The notes under the pieces are model-generated. The model was not told the origin of the DNA and did not search any database. It was given only the letters and a program-made list of their open reading frames with translations. Shown piece by piece: positions 24,106 to 37,334 of a stretch of 64,000 bases of DNA (position 1 is the stretch's first letter; each line of letters starts with the position of its first letter). This DNA comes from Squalus acanthias (Eukaryota): assembly GCA_030390025.1 (NCBI GenBank), contig CM059434.1:104780001-104844000 (forward strand), read 5' to 3'. Made by a program: the position numbers and the translations under genes.

Positions 24106-26779
24106 AGACAGGAAAGTATTACATTGTGTTTTATATTATGAAGTAGAAATAAAAATAGAAATAGCAGAAATACACAGCAAGTTAATCAGATTCTGAAAGA
24201 GAAAGTTAGGTGATGGGACCCATCATTGGAACATTTAACAGACTCTACTGAAAATTCTGAGCAATTTATTAAAAATGTGGAATTTGAGAAACAAAGGAAA
24301 TGAGAAAAGTCTTACAAAAAATGGTGCACGGTTTTCCATTTTTATTATGGATCCGCATTGTTGACATAAAATAAATAGTCTACATAAAATAAACTCTGTC
24401 TACAAATCTTCCTATTGTAGTTTTATACTCTTACAAAGCTCTTCATGTTTTGAATAATATTGATTGAAAAGTGATGAAAGCACTGCAGAGGTAACTTATC
24501 ATTTTGTAGAGTGTGCAACATTGCAATCTGTTAAACGTGATGTTGTGAGCCACTTTAATGGTATTTAAATGCAAGATTCTGTTGTCTGAATAAAAAAAAA
24601 GTTATTTTTTTTTCAACTGACCGCACACTATACTTAATCAATACCGTGAAATTAATTAGTAATCAAACATTCAAATATAGAATTTGACCTTTAGCAACAA
24701 AATAAAAGTTGCTGTGGCAGTGATCTTAGACTGGAAGTGGTTCCCCTGTGCATCTTTGATCAAAGCAAATCAATTGTCATGTTATTCTACCCCTCAGTGC
24801 CCAGATTGTGTTTGAGAGGAAGAAAGTTAAACACTTTTTTCTGAACATTTGCTCTCAAAGAGTATCACATGGAACAAATAGAGAAGGTTCTTTGTGTCCT
24901 TCAGCAAATTGAGCATTGATGTGTGGTCACTAAGGTCAAAGAAGCTCTTGAGAAAAATCAATACAATTCATTTCCCAGACCTTACTCTCTTCCGTGAACC
25001 AGTCTCCTTGGGACAGTCGAAGTTCAGCATTGAGCTGCTCTGCAGATGAGGGATACCCCATGTAAAATACTCTGTTGACAGTTATACTGTGAGCTCGACA
25101 AGCCGCCATTCAAATGACGGAGTCAAACAAAAATTCAATACCAGGCTAAATGAGTGGGGAGCAGAGTAGGTTGATGTGCTGTAAATGAAATCTCATGGAA
25201 CCTAGAATGGTATTACATTGAAAAGTGTGTTGGACTTGACATACTTTAGATAAAATTGTTCCGGAAAAATAGAATTATAATGAAAATGATACAAGTATTT
25301 TTTGTCATTCTAATTTGACATAGATAACACTGTATTAATATCTGTATGGGACAATCAAGGTAGATCGAGTATGTGTTCGGCCATTAAAAGGCTCTAGATT
25401 TATCTATTTGTACCCAAATACAAATTCATTGGCCGTTTTTGTGCTCTCCGAAATCACTACGGTAGATATGTCAGACATGACCTTGTCACAGTTGATCCCA
25501 GCTGTACTGTGTTGTTATGTCATGTAATATTTATACATTGTATGAAAAATATATCTATTTTGTATTCTTAATTTTTTTTTAAATGCTTAAGTGCATTCAT
25601 TCTCAGAGATACAGCATTTCCGGATCATAATTATACGTTTCCTTTCAACTACAATTATTTCCTATATTTCCCCTAGAACTCTAGCTGGCTTACTTGTACA
25701 CACATAAGTAAGAATCTACCATGAAAAGTACAGCAACAATTTAACCAGCAAGATATTTTGTATACAGACAAATCACTAAGCCAGTACTAGGAAAAAAAAG
25801 AATTGTATTCAGGTAAAGAAAGCTACATATAAACCGAACACAAAGGTTAAGGAGAGAATCATCTGGTGTGTACTCTTTTTGGCATATCAGGTGGCATAAT
25901 AACAGAGTGCAACTAAAGGCAACAGCAATGAGGACAGATGCCTCACACAAATTGAACCTGCTGAGTCACAGAAAACGCTTGATTTAGGCAATATGTTTGT
26001 CAGGTTTGAGTTGGTTTGATCACTCATCCTTTGGTGCACATGTGACAAAAACAGGAACATTTGTCTTAGTAAATGCATATATTTAAAATTTATTTTAAAA
26101 GCAATTGCAACCCAGATTGAAAATGGAGGCAGTTCCTTCACCAAATTTAAAATAGAGGACAGAAATGGTCAATCTATGAGGATAGGCACATTCGCTTTGA
26201 TCAAGAATTACTCAAGACAAAGACTCTCTTTAATGAGAATAATTGCTAACTTTTCTATTCAGATTCGGCCAATAAATGAGCATGACTTGGACAAACCCAA
26301 ATGAAGAATAGGGTTGAAATCTGTAATGCCAGACTTCTGCCAAATTAGGGCGTCATGTGCATTTCCAGTTGGGTTTCTATGAAATTCTAATGATGTCCCC
26401 ATAACATCATTTAGACAGGAAAGCAATTTCTTGGCATTCCCACCCACATAGCACTGATTTATGTTCTCACACATTAAAGTGGGAGTCTAGGATTGCTAGG
26501 TTCAGATATATACGGAAATGGATTTTAAGAGCCTTTCTGAAGATTGTGAGGAGCATTTTCAGACCACTATTCAAACTTTTTTTCTTCTTTTTTGTCTTCT
26601 TTTATTGCTGTTCTCACATAAATAGTCAGATATCATTGTGGCAATTATTCTGGTGCAACAATTTTTGCTAATGGCACCAATAATGGTACCATGGACTTCC
26701 TCATGAGGATCCCCAATACCTGTTACTTTTATAGGAAGAAAAGGAGAACCAACAGAGGAATGTCCACAGGTCAGACTGC

Positions 26780-27190
26780 ACCAGAGGTGCTATGCGTTCA
26801 ACTGATAGCTGTAAATGGAACTCTCTCCTCAGGTACTGCCCCCACTTTCGAATCCTCCTTCATCACCCTCTCCTCATAGGCGATCATTACCAGAACATCA
26901 GCCACAATGGCTTCTCTTTCTAACCCCGCATCATTACCTCTGGAGTCCCTCAACAATCCATCTTTGGGCCCTCTCCTCTTCCTCACCTATCATCCGAAGA
27001 TCTGGGGTCACCTTGCACATGTATGCTGATGACACCCAGCTCTACCTTTCCACCACCTCTCCCGACCGCTCTGTGTTTTCAGACTGCTTGTCCAACATTC
27101 AGTATTGGATGAGCCGAAATTTCCTCCAGCTAAACATTGGGAAGACTGAAGCCATTTTCATCAGCCCCCGCGGACCTTCCCACACGTCTA
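26780..27190 (+). mobile_element. L2 LINE RT fragment
   Basis: HMYADDTQLYLS..CLSNIQYWMSRNFLQLNIGKTEAI is the L2 RT signature. Confidence 0.9.
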
Positions 27191-27619
27191 TCTCATTTGA
27201 GACTCTTCCAGTCGACATTCACACTTGAGATTGGGAGGAACGGAAGCCATGCTTGCATAGGATGAGGTGGTTTGGCCATGTCCCAATGGTGGAGGTGGAT
27301 TACCTGTTTTAACTGGTATCTGCACTAACAAACAACTGGGCAGGTCTCGGAGAATAGGACTGTCTAAGAAAAGTGAATGTTTTTTAGCCTGCTAAAAGTG
27401 TCACTGTGCTCTATCTTTTATTATTTGTTCTCTATATCAAGGAGGAACTGAAGTTAAAGTCAATTTGAGGTGAATTTGCAATAACTCTTACTATTTAGGT
27501 GCACTTACTAAATGTAAAATAAAATAGCTTAACAATTGGTATCTGGCCTCATCTCACTAATTTGTTAATCAGTCCACCTTCCAAAAGGTTGAAGAAGCAC
27601 ACATAGGGGCACATGCGAG

Positions 27620-27756
27620 TGTAATGTATTATCACATGGTTTGTCACACGGTTTGGTATGAGCATGCTCAGTTTGCTCTGGCCTAATAAAGCAAGTACAT
27701 GAACTCGCAACTCATCCTGTCTCTGTCCTTCATTTGTTCTACCCACATATATTACA
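27620..27756 (+). repeat. 5' LTR
   Basis: TGTAATG...ATTACA, direct repeat of 29119-29255, contains AATAAA. Confidence 0.95.
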
Positions 27757-28011
27757 TTTTGGCGACGAGGATGGGATCCCGAAGCCATTCTTAGGGATCA
27801 TGGAAGGACACAGTGTTTGACCTTGAGTGGAAAAGTTTAAGGTGAATTTGTGACACCTAAACTAAATTTTTGTGATGTTTTATTGTTAATGCTTATGCAG
27901 AATCATCTGTCCTTCACCTTCGCGGGTTTGTATACACAGCAACAGCAGAGTTCATTCTCACAGGTACAGAGGTAGCGTGCTGAGTCACTGTTCGATGGGA
28001 TTGGGACAATC

Positions 28012-28720
28012 ATGGCCGCGCCTACGGGATTCATCGGAAGCCTCGGCATGTATGACCGAGCTCGCGAACCATTCAGTTCTTACATTGAGTGGATGGAGAT
28101 TTTTTTTGGGCCAATAGCATTATTGAGACCGAAGGTGCAGATGAGAATGTTCAAGCTCAAAATAAAGTAATTCGTGAATATAGGAAAGCAATTTTTCTAA
28201 CGGAGATCGAGCCAGATGTCTACAGAATGTTGACAAACCTGCTCGCGCCAGGGAAAGTGAAGGATGTGTCATTTGAAGACATTGTCGAGACCCTCGAGGA
28301 CCATTTCAACCCAAAGCCGTTAGAAATAGCAGAGAGCTATAAGTTTGGTACCAAAAGCCGAAAACAAAGTGAAACCATCAGTGAGTACACTGTAGCTCTT
28401 AAGAACCTGTCTTTGCATTGTAACTTCAGCACATTTTTGGATTGTGCATTGTGAGATAAGTTCGTGTGTGGACTGGTGGATGAGCGCACACAGTCCAAGT
28501 TACTGAACAGTCCAAACCTAACGCTTGACATAACATGCAAAATTGCCCTATCTATGGAGATGGCATCTAAGAATGCTAGAGAGCTCCGTCCAACTCAAGG
28601 GACTAGTGCAGCTGAGGTCTACAGTCACAAAGCCACCGCCAAACCTAAAGCTGGAGACTGGGTCAAAAGCATGTTGGTGAGAACAGTTCAGTGAATTGTT
28701 ATCGCTGCAATGGAAATTAA
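28012..28720 (+). pseudogene. Gypsy gag remnant
   Basis: MAAP.GFIGSL..Y, AIFLTEI..DVYRML.NLLAP.K, HFNPKPLEIAESYKF, FVCGL, broken CYRC knuckle; frameshift and stop codons; no RT or RNase H seen. Confidence 0.85.
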
Positions 28721-29118
28721 TTTGGTGACAACAGCCGAAGTGTTCATGTAGATCAAATGATCTCTGCTAGAAATGAACCAAGACGTGATCTTGAACCACT
28801 TGATCATGAACACATACAGGAGTTTGACTCCGTTCAGACTTCAGTGACTGAAGTACCAGCTTCAAACAAATCTGAGATAGAAACAGGATCATCTTTGAGT
28901 TTGTAACCAAAACAAAACAGCCCGAAAATTGGTTCAACACCAAAACCTTCTGTAAGGAGATCCTTAAGGCTCCGCAAATCTGTTATTAAACTAGATTTGT
29001 AGTTCATTTAAAAGAAAAAAATCCAGGAGTTTTTGTTATCTGGTACATGGCAAAGGTGGGACCATAGTTTTGTTTTATTTCAGAGGGGAATACATACATT
29101 TTTTAAAGGGGAAAGCAG

Positions 29119-29255
29119 TGTAATGTATTATCACATGGTTTTTCACATGGTTTAGTATGAGCATGCTCAGTTCGCTCTGGCCTAGTAAAACAAGCACATG
29201 GACTCGCAACTCATCGTGTCTCAGTCCTTCATTTGTTCTACCCACATATATCACA
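29119..29255 (+). repeat. 3' LTR
   Basis: TGTAATG...ATCACA following the PPT; about 11 substitutions relative to the 5' LTR. Confidence 0.95.
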
Positions 29256-29713
29256 GCGAGGATCACAATATTGAATTATATAACAAGGGGATTGCTATTG
29301 TACATCTAGAATTTGGATAGCGAAAGTATACTCCTAATTGTGAGTGATACTGGTCCACCTATGGAAGAGACCAATGATGGAGGAGGTGGACCTGTGTGGG
29401 AGCGGCAGCGGGACCTGAGAGAAGGCGGAGCGGCCATAAAGGAGCACTGCAGAGGAGTGCTGCGAGTTGGGAAAGAGTCTGAGAGCGGGAGCAGTCAAAC
29501 AACAACAACTGCGAAACCGCTAAAGTGATGTCACAACCAGGGAAGGAGCTGATTGGTAAGTAGGACCTGGTGAATATTTCTACAGTCCGGTCGTTGAAGT
29601 AAAAGTAAGGTCTCTAGTTTAGAGTAAGTAGTGTTTAAAGTGAAGTAAGGTCCGTAGTGTATTTAATATTCTTTAATTTAAAGGAAGTAAAGGGAGTAAG
29701 TTAAGGTTAGGAC

Positions 29714-30663
29714 ATGGCAGGGCAGCTCGGCAGCGTGGAGTGCTCCTCCTGTGCTATGTGGGAAGTCAGGGACAATTTCAGTGTCCAGGGCGAACACATG
29801 TGCAGGAAGTGTCTCCAGCTGCAGCTACTCGAAATCTGCATTTCAGAGCTGGAGCTGTGGCTGGAGTCACTGTGGAGCATCCGCGAAGCTGAGATCTTCG
29901 TGGATAGCACGTTTAACGAGGTGGTCACACTGCAGGAAAAGAGTGCACAGGCAGACAGGGAATGGGTGACCGCCAGACAGAGTAAAAGAACTAGGAAGGT
30001 AGTGCAGGAGTCCCCTGGGTCCATCTTTCTCTCCAACAGATTTTCTGTTTTGGATACTGCTGGGGGAGATGGTTTCTCAGGGGAATGCAGCAAGAGCCAA
30101 GTCTGTGGCACTATGAGTGGCTCAGCTGCACGGGGGGGGAGGAAAAAGAGTGGGAGAGCAATAGTGATAGGGGATTCAATCGTAAGGGGAACAGATAGAC
30201 GTTTCTGTGGCCGCAGACGTGACTCGAGGATGGTATGTTGCCTCCCTGGTGCCAGGGTCAAGGATGTCACTGAACGGCTGCAGGGCATTCTGAAGGGAGA
30301 GGGCGAACAGTCAGAGGTTGTGGTTCACATTGGTACCAATGACATAGGTTAAAGAGGGATGAGGTCCTGCAACAAGAATTTAGGGAGCTAGGTAGCAGAT
30401 TAAAAAGCAGGACCTCAAAGGTTGTAATCTCTGGATTACTCTCGGTGCCACGTGCTAGTGAATATAGGAACAGGAGGATAGAGCAGATGAATGCGTGGCT
30501 AAAGAGTTGGTGCAGGAGGGAGGGCTTTAGTTTCCTGGATCACTGGGTCTGCTTCTGGGGAAGGTGGGACCTGTACAAGTCGGACGGGTTGCACCTGAAC
30601 CGGAACGGGACCAACATCCTTGGGGGGAGGTTTGCTAGTACTGTTGAGGGGGGTTTAAACTAA
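29714..30663 (+). pseudogene. CR1 ORF1 (zinc-finger/leucine zipper plus SGNH/GDSL esterase), frameshifted near 30350
   Basis: CSSCAMW..CRKC, heptad leucines, VIGDSIVR, HIGTND and DGLHL motifs across ORFs 29714-30352 and 30445-30663. Confidence 0.92.
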
Positions 30664-30782
30664 CTTGGCAGGGGGATGGGATACGGAGTGGAGCTATAGT
30701 AGGGGGTGATGCACAGCCAAATATAGAGGAAAAAACAAGTCAGCCTGGAAGGCAGAGCAAATCTGTAACAGCACAAGGGAGT

Positions 30783-33594
30783 ATGGCAAGGCTGGATGGC
30801 ATTTATTTTAATGCAAGGAGTCTTGCAAGTAAGGCAGATGAATTGAAGGTGTTGATGAACACTTGGGAGTATGATATTGTTGCTATCACAGAGACATGGT
30901 TGAGGGAGGGTCAGGACTGGCAGCTCAATATTCCGGGGTATAGAATCTTCAGGCGAGACAGAGGGGGGTGTAAAAGAGGAGCGGGTTGTCGCAATATTAA
31001 TCAAGGAGTCAATTACTGCTGTAAGGAGTGATGATATCTTAGCAAGTTCCTCTAATGAGGCCATATGGGTAGAACTTAAAAACGAAATGGGGGCAAGCAC
31101 TTTGCTGGGAGTGTACTATAGGCCCCCAAACAGTCAGGGGGAGATAGAGGAACAGATATGTAGGCAAATCTCAGAGAAGTGTAGAAATAATAGGGTAATA
31201 ATAGTAGGGGTTTTCAACTTCCGCAATATTAACTGGGATAGTCAGAGTGTGAAAGGCTTAGAGGGTGCGGAATTCTTAAAGTGCATCCAGGAGAGCTTTC
31301 TGAGCCAGCATGTAGAAAGTCCTACAAAAGAGGGGGCGGTACTGGACCTAATTCTAGGGAATGTAGCCAGGCAAGTGGTAGAAGTGTCAGTAGGAGAGCA
31401 TTTTGGTGACAGTGACCATAATTCGGTGAGATTTAAAGTAGTCATGGAAAAGGACAAAGCTGGACCGGAAATAAAGGTTCCAAATTGGGGGAAGGCCGAT
31501 TTGAATATGATAAGGCAGGATCTGGCCAAAGTGGATTGGGATAAGCTACTTGTAGGAAAATCCACATCAGAGCAATGGGAGTCTTTCAGAAAGGAAATAG
31601 AGAGAGTACAACGCCAACATGTTCCCGTAAAGGTTAAGGGTGGGACCAACAAGCCCAGGGAACCCTGGATGTCAAGGGATATACAAGAATGGATTAGGAA
31701 AAAAAGAGAGGCTTTTGGCAGATACAAATGACTAAAAACAGTGGAAGCCCTAGAGGAGTATAGAAAGTGCAGGGGGTACATAAAAAAGAAATTAGGAGAG
31801 CGAAGAGGGGGCATGAAAAAACACTGGCGGTCAAAATAAAGGAAAATCCCAAGGTGTTTTATAAGTATATTAAGGGCGAGAGGATAACCAGGGAAACAGT
31901 AGGGCCCATTAGGGACCAAAGTGGCAATCTGTGTGTAGAGCGGAAGATGTGGGTGAGGTTTTAAATGATTATTTGGCATCTGCGTTCACGATGGAGAAGG
32001 ACGATGTAGGCATAAAAATCAGGCAGGGGGATTGTGATATACTTGAACAAATTAGTATTGAGAGGGAGGAGGTACTAACGGTTTTAGCGAGCTTAAAAGT
32101 GGATAAATCCCCAGGCCCAGATGAGATGTATCCCAGGCTGATGTGTGAGGCAAGGGAGGAGATTGCAGGGGCTCTGACACAAATTTTCAGAACCTCTCTG
32201 GCCACAGGGGAGGTGCCAGAGGACTGGAGGACAGCTAACGTAGTACCATTATTCAAGAAGTGTAGTAGGGATAAACCAGGGAATTACAGGCCAGTGAGCC
32301 TAACATCAGTGGTAGGGAAATTATTGGAAAAAATTCTGAGGGACAGAATTAGTCTCCACTTGGAGAGGCAAGGATTAATCAAGGATAGTCAGCATGGCTT
32401 TGTCAGGGGGAGATCATGTCTAACCAATTTGATTGAATTTTTCGAGGGGGTGACTAGGTGTGTGGATGAGGGTAGTGCAGTTGATGTAGTCTACATGGAC
32501 TTCAGTAAGGCTTTTGACAAAGTCCCGCATGGGAGACTGGTCAAGAAGATAAGAGCCCATGGGATCCAGGGCAATTTGGCACATTGGATCCAAAATTGGC
32601 TTAGTGGCAGGAGGCAGAGGGTGATGGTCGAAGGTTGTTTTTGTGACTGGAAGCCTGTGTCCAGTGGCGTACCGCAGGGATCGGTGCTGATCCTTTGCTG
32701 TTTGTAGTGTACATTAATGATTTAGATATGAATGTAGGAGGTATGATCAGTAAGTTCGCAGATAACACGAAAATTGGTGGAGTGGTAAATAGCGAGGAGG
32801 GAAGCCTCAGGCTACAGGACGATATAGACGGGTTGGTCAGATGGGCAGAACAGTGGCAAATGGAATTTAACTCTGAAAAGTGTGAGGTGATGCATTTTGG
32901 GAAGTCTAACAAGGCAAGGGAATACACAATGAATGGTAGGATCCTAGGAAGGACAGAGGATCAGAGGGACCTTGGTGTGCATGTTCATAGATCCCTGAAG
33001 GCAGCAGGACAGCTAGATAAGGTGGTTAAAAAGGCATATGGGATACTTGACTTCATTAGCTGAGGCATAGAATATAAGAGCAGGGAGGTTATGATGGAGC
33101 TGTACAAAACGTTAGTTAGGCCACAGCTGGAATACTGTGTGCAGTTCTGGTCGCCACACTATTGGAAGGATGTGATTGCATTGGAGAGGGTGCTGAGGAG
33201 ATTCACCAGGATGTTACCTGGGCTGGAGCACTTCAGCTATGAAGAGAGACTGGACAGGCTGGGGTTGTTTTCCTTAGAGCAGAGAAGGCTGAGGGGGAAC
33301 CTGATTGAGGTGTACAAAATTATGTGGGGCATAAATAGGGTAGATAGAAAGGAACTTTTCCCCTTAGTAGAGGGGTCAATAACCAGGGGGCATAGTTTCA
33401 AGGTAAGGGGCAGGAGGTTTAGAGGGGATTTGAGGAAAAACTTTTTCACCCAGAGGGTGGTTGGAATATAGAACTCACTGCCTGAAAGGGTGGTAGAGGC
33501 AGGAACCCTCACAACATTCAAGAAGCATTTAGATGAGCACTTGAAACGCCATAGCATACAAGGCTACAGACCAAGTGCTGGAAAATGGGATTAG
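30783..33594 (+). pseudogene. CR1 ORF2 (AP endonuclease plus reverse transcriptase), multiple frameshifts and stops
   Basis: YFNARSL, AITETWL, YRPPN, SDHN, KSPGPD, NYRPVSLTS, DFSKAFDKVPH, GVPQGSVL; the catalytic FADD motif reads FADN; start position approximate. Confidence 0.95.
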
Positions 33595-33674
33595 AATAGA
33601 TAGGGCTTGATGGCCGGCGCAGATACGATGGTCCGAAGGGCCTCTTTCTGTGCTGTATAAATCTATGACTCTAT

Positions 33675-34571
33675 GCGGGAAAAATTCAGTATCGCCCCGT
33701 TTGGGGCGCAATTATCGGCCGGGCGCAAAGTTTAGCGCCTGCCGCTAATTATCGCCTCCGACTGCAAACTTGACTTTTATCGCCCCTGGAGGTGATTGGA
33801 GCGCTAAATCAGGCGCTACACATCTGTCTTAAGGCGTAAAGCCTGAGGAGCGAGGCGCTAACTCAGAGCGCTGGCGAAGCTCATGTGATGTCAGTCAGCA
33901 ATGGAACACAGACACAATGGCGCCGGCCAGTTCTTAAAGGGGAGGGTTGATCGTTCTTTCCATCCACATCCTGCTCATTGCAGCCTTGAATCTCGGCCTG
34001 GAGAGACCTGTACATCAAATCTGCTGGAAAGAACAATGGAGAGAACCAGGGAAAGAGCTCAGAGTGCAGCCCCCATAGTCTCTTCTAAATCGATACAAGG
34101 AAGGGCAAATCAAAATGAACCTGCAAAGTGCTGCTTAGTACCCAAAACTCCTTCACACAGCGTTGAATCTCTCCAGAAGTCTCTCTCTCTCTCTCTCTCT
34201 CAGAATGCGTGGTTCAAAAATGTCACCAACAAAAAAAGGCAGGAAGCGGTCGCCTTTAAATAGCGCTCCCCCAGTCCCTTCCTGACTGCAAAACGCTCCC
34301 CTCAACCTGTCGTTGCTAGCGGCAGGCGGTAAGGCAGGGAGCGCCACTCAATATCCGCTCCGGGGCGCTACCGGGGCGTTGCGCACTCGACTGACGTCAC
34401 GATCTGCTGGCGCAGGAGAGCGTGGCGGTAGTGTTTAGCGCCGCCGCAAAATGTCTAGTTAATTTCGTGAGCGGCGCAAACATCGCCGCGCCCGGGCGCT
34501 AGTTGCTTTGCGCCCCATTAGCGCCCTCTTAAGGCGCTAACGGGAGGCGCAACCAACTGAATTTTTCCCCC
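33675..34571 (+). mobile_element. Non-autonomous Harbinger internal-deletion derivative related to 58547-62688
   Basis: TIRs GCGGGAAAAATTCAGT / ACTGAATTTTTCCCCC, TAT TSD, both ends homologous to the autonomous-type element. Confidence 0.93.
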
Positions 34572-34589
34572 TATGACTCTATGATGTAA

Positions 34590-35308
34590 GAGAATATTGG
34601 AGTACAAATACACAAATCACTAAAAGTTGTGCCACATAAGGCCATTAAAAATGCAAACCAAGCACTAGGGTTTATTTCTAGAGGGATAGAATTGAAAAGT
34701 AGGGAAGTTATGCTAAACCTGTATCGACCCTTGGTTAGACCACACTTGGAGTACTGCATGCAGTTCTGGTCGCCGTATTATAAAACGGATATAGAGGCAC
34801 TGGAGAGGGTGCAGAGAAGATTTACAAGAATGATACCAGAAATGCGAGGGTATACATATCAGGAAAGGATGAACAGGCTGGGTCTCTTTTCTCTTGAAAA
34901 AAGAAGGCTGAGGGGTGACCTAATAGAGGTCTATAAAATTATGAAAGCTTTTGATAGAGTGGATACAGAGAGAATGTTTCCACTTGTGGGGAAGAGCATA
35001 ACTAGAGGCCATCAATATAAGATAGTCACCAAGAAAGCCAATAGGGATTTCAGAAGAAACTTATTTACCCAAAGAGTGATGAGAATGTGGAACTCGCTAC
35101 CACAGGGAGTGGTTGAAGCGAATAGTATTGATGCATTTAAGGGGAGGCTAGACAAGCATGTGAGGGAGAAGGGAATAGAGGGTTATGCTGATAGATTTAG
35201 ATGAGGAAAGAAGGGAGGAAGCTCGAGTGGAGCATTAACACCGGCATGGACTGGTTGGGCCGAATGGTCTGTTTCTGTGCCGTATATCCTATGTAATCCT
35301 ATGTAATC
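34590..35308 (+). mobile_element. CR1 3' fragment (different subfamily)
   Basis: ORF 34629-35204 encodes the CR1 C-terminus (LVRPHLEYCMQFWSP); (ATCCTATGTA) tail. Confidence 0.93.
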
Positions 35309-35700
35309 TAAGGCAAGCCTGAAATTTGTAACAAGCACTAGTATCAGAAGAAGACCATGTTTTAGAATGCTGGTCGTAAGATAGCCCTTGAAACAAAACT
35401 GACATGACAAGATAATTGGCCCCAACTTTGCTCTCCCTTATGTTAAGAGAACGCTCACTTCCCAAATGCTATGGAGAAGAAAATCTGTCATAAAGACTTA
35501 TGAAATAATACTGAGTGGCCTGCGGGTGGCGCTGTCCAGGGAGAGTATAAATACTCAGGCACGGGCCCAGCTTGCGCAGGACATTCTTAACAGGAACTAG
35601 TGAAGGACACAACTAGACCTCCATGTTGTAAAACAGTTGATTAAAGCTTTGTTTCACACTTAGACCAAGTGCCTAGTAGTTTTCTTACATCAGACCCATT

Positions 35701-36196
35701 GGGGGAAATTTTCACTTCCTGATGCACTGGGAGCGTGGGGTGGGGTGGGGGTGGGGGTTCTGGTCGCGCGGAAAACCTGGATGTCTGCATTTCCCCGCAT
35801 GCTATGGAGATTTAACTCCACAGTGTGCATATTTCGCCATTGACAGGTTCCCAGCCCAGAAGTCAGCCTGATTAATAGGCTTGGCTTCCAGTCGGGAGGG
35901 GAATGCTGGAGAAGAGGCCGCAGAACCAGGTAGCTCCAATCCCTGACCGCGGTGGGGGTCTGATTCCTAACCCGGGGTGGGGAAGGGGTGGTTCCGATCC
36001 CAAGGAGGACCGATCCCTGACTCAGGTTTAATCCGAGGCTTCCAGCCTCATTAACACCTCAGTAAAACCCGGAAGTCATCGGGTTGGAACTGGCTTACCG
36101 ACACGCTTCGATTTATTTTTTGTCCATTTAACCCCCCCCCCCCCCCCCCCAGCCCCCCACCACCCGCACCCACTCACCCATGTTAAAATTCCCCCC
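35701..36196. mobile_element. Harbinger-type MITE, related to 5721-6805 in opposite orientation
   Basis: TIRs GGGGGAAATTTT / AAAATTCCCCCC; G/C-run subterminal blocks. Confidence 0.65.
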
Positions 36197-37334
36197 AATA
36201 TGTCAGGTCTACGACCCATTACATTTTTCCCAGGATTCTCAGGGCTTTCCTAGAAGGCAATGCTGGGCCTGTGCCTGAAGCAGGTGTAGGCCAGACAGGG
36301 TAACAAGGTTTTTTGTTGTGGTATCTGAAGGGTGCCATCTCAATATATCTTTGGGCCTGCAAGCCTGCTATTCTCCAACGGCAACCAGAAAGCCTCAAGG
36401 TCAGCAGGAAATTCCGCCACTGGAAGCCTGAGAGACCTGCAGCTATGCTTCATTTCCCACCCTGTTCCCTGACACATGGCACTGCCAGGGATAGCTCTGC
36501 ACTAGCGAGCCAACTAAGCCATGCCAATAAACCACCCTACCAACTTCAAATGCTTTGGACAGATGGAGCACACATTGGATGCGCTCTGCCTATCCAGCAT
36601 CTGGGCAAGGAGGAACATTGGTACAGTTTGACTGTATCAGTGAATGAATGAATAAGCAGAGACAGAAAGAATAATAAGCAAAGGATGGTACTACCCTGTG
36701 CTTGGGGGAGGCTTCTGACCTCACCCCCTGCCACTCTTTCTATTCATCCAGCCCCAGAATTTAGATTGGCCTCTCCTTAGAGAGAGTCACAGATCATAGT
36801 TGTGAGGGTTCTCTCCAGCCTGCATTTGTTTCTGCCCATTATGTGAGACCTTTTCCTATAAGAAACTACAAAAGGTACATATGGTGGAATTTGGAAGAGC
36901 AGAGACTGTCACTCAAGCCCCCTGAGTATGTGCTACCTTCTGCGAGTCAATGAATCAGTAGTCTGCAAGCAGCTTGTATCGACAGCATGGCTAACTTGTA
37001 AGATTTATGTGCAACCTTGCTGTGCCAACCATAAAGTGAACTCTTCAGCGACATAAGCATGCATGCGCCTGTTCAACCAGCTGAAAGGTTGCTTGAGTGC
37101 TCTGCATGCTGCCTCAGTGAAGCAGCACCACGATGAGAATGAATGCTTGTTGGCAGTCATTCTAAGACCGTATACTAAAAGTAGGCCAAACTGCATTCTG
37201 AGTCCATTATATATTTCTGCTTCAATAACCTATGCATATATGAGACTGCATTGACTTAAATGGCCACATACACTCAGGTAATCCAAATTGTACTTTTTAT
37301 CAGAGGGTTTTCTCAGCTCCAAACAGGACAACCC

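Larger units (their letters stand above)
27620..29255 (+). mobile_element. Internally deleted Ty3/Gypsy LTR retrotransposon (1636 bp)
   Basis: Two 137-bp TG..CA LTRs, 5-bp TSD GCGAG (27615-27619 / 29256-29260), PBS TGGCGACGAG at 27760, PPT AAAGGGGAAAG at 29105, gag remnant. Confidence 0.95.
29385..34583 (+). mobile_element. Near full-length CR1 LINE (disabled), 3' tail split by a Harbinger derivative
   Basis: 5' UTR, ORF1, ORF2 and 3' UTR present; (CTATGACT) tail at 33663-33674 resumes at 34572. Confidence 0.95.

Noticed and set aside
36131-36150. C20 homopolymer as a functional G-quadruplex
   Set aside because: Part of a MITE subterminal G/C run, and homopolymer length is error-prone in sequencing.
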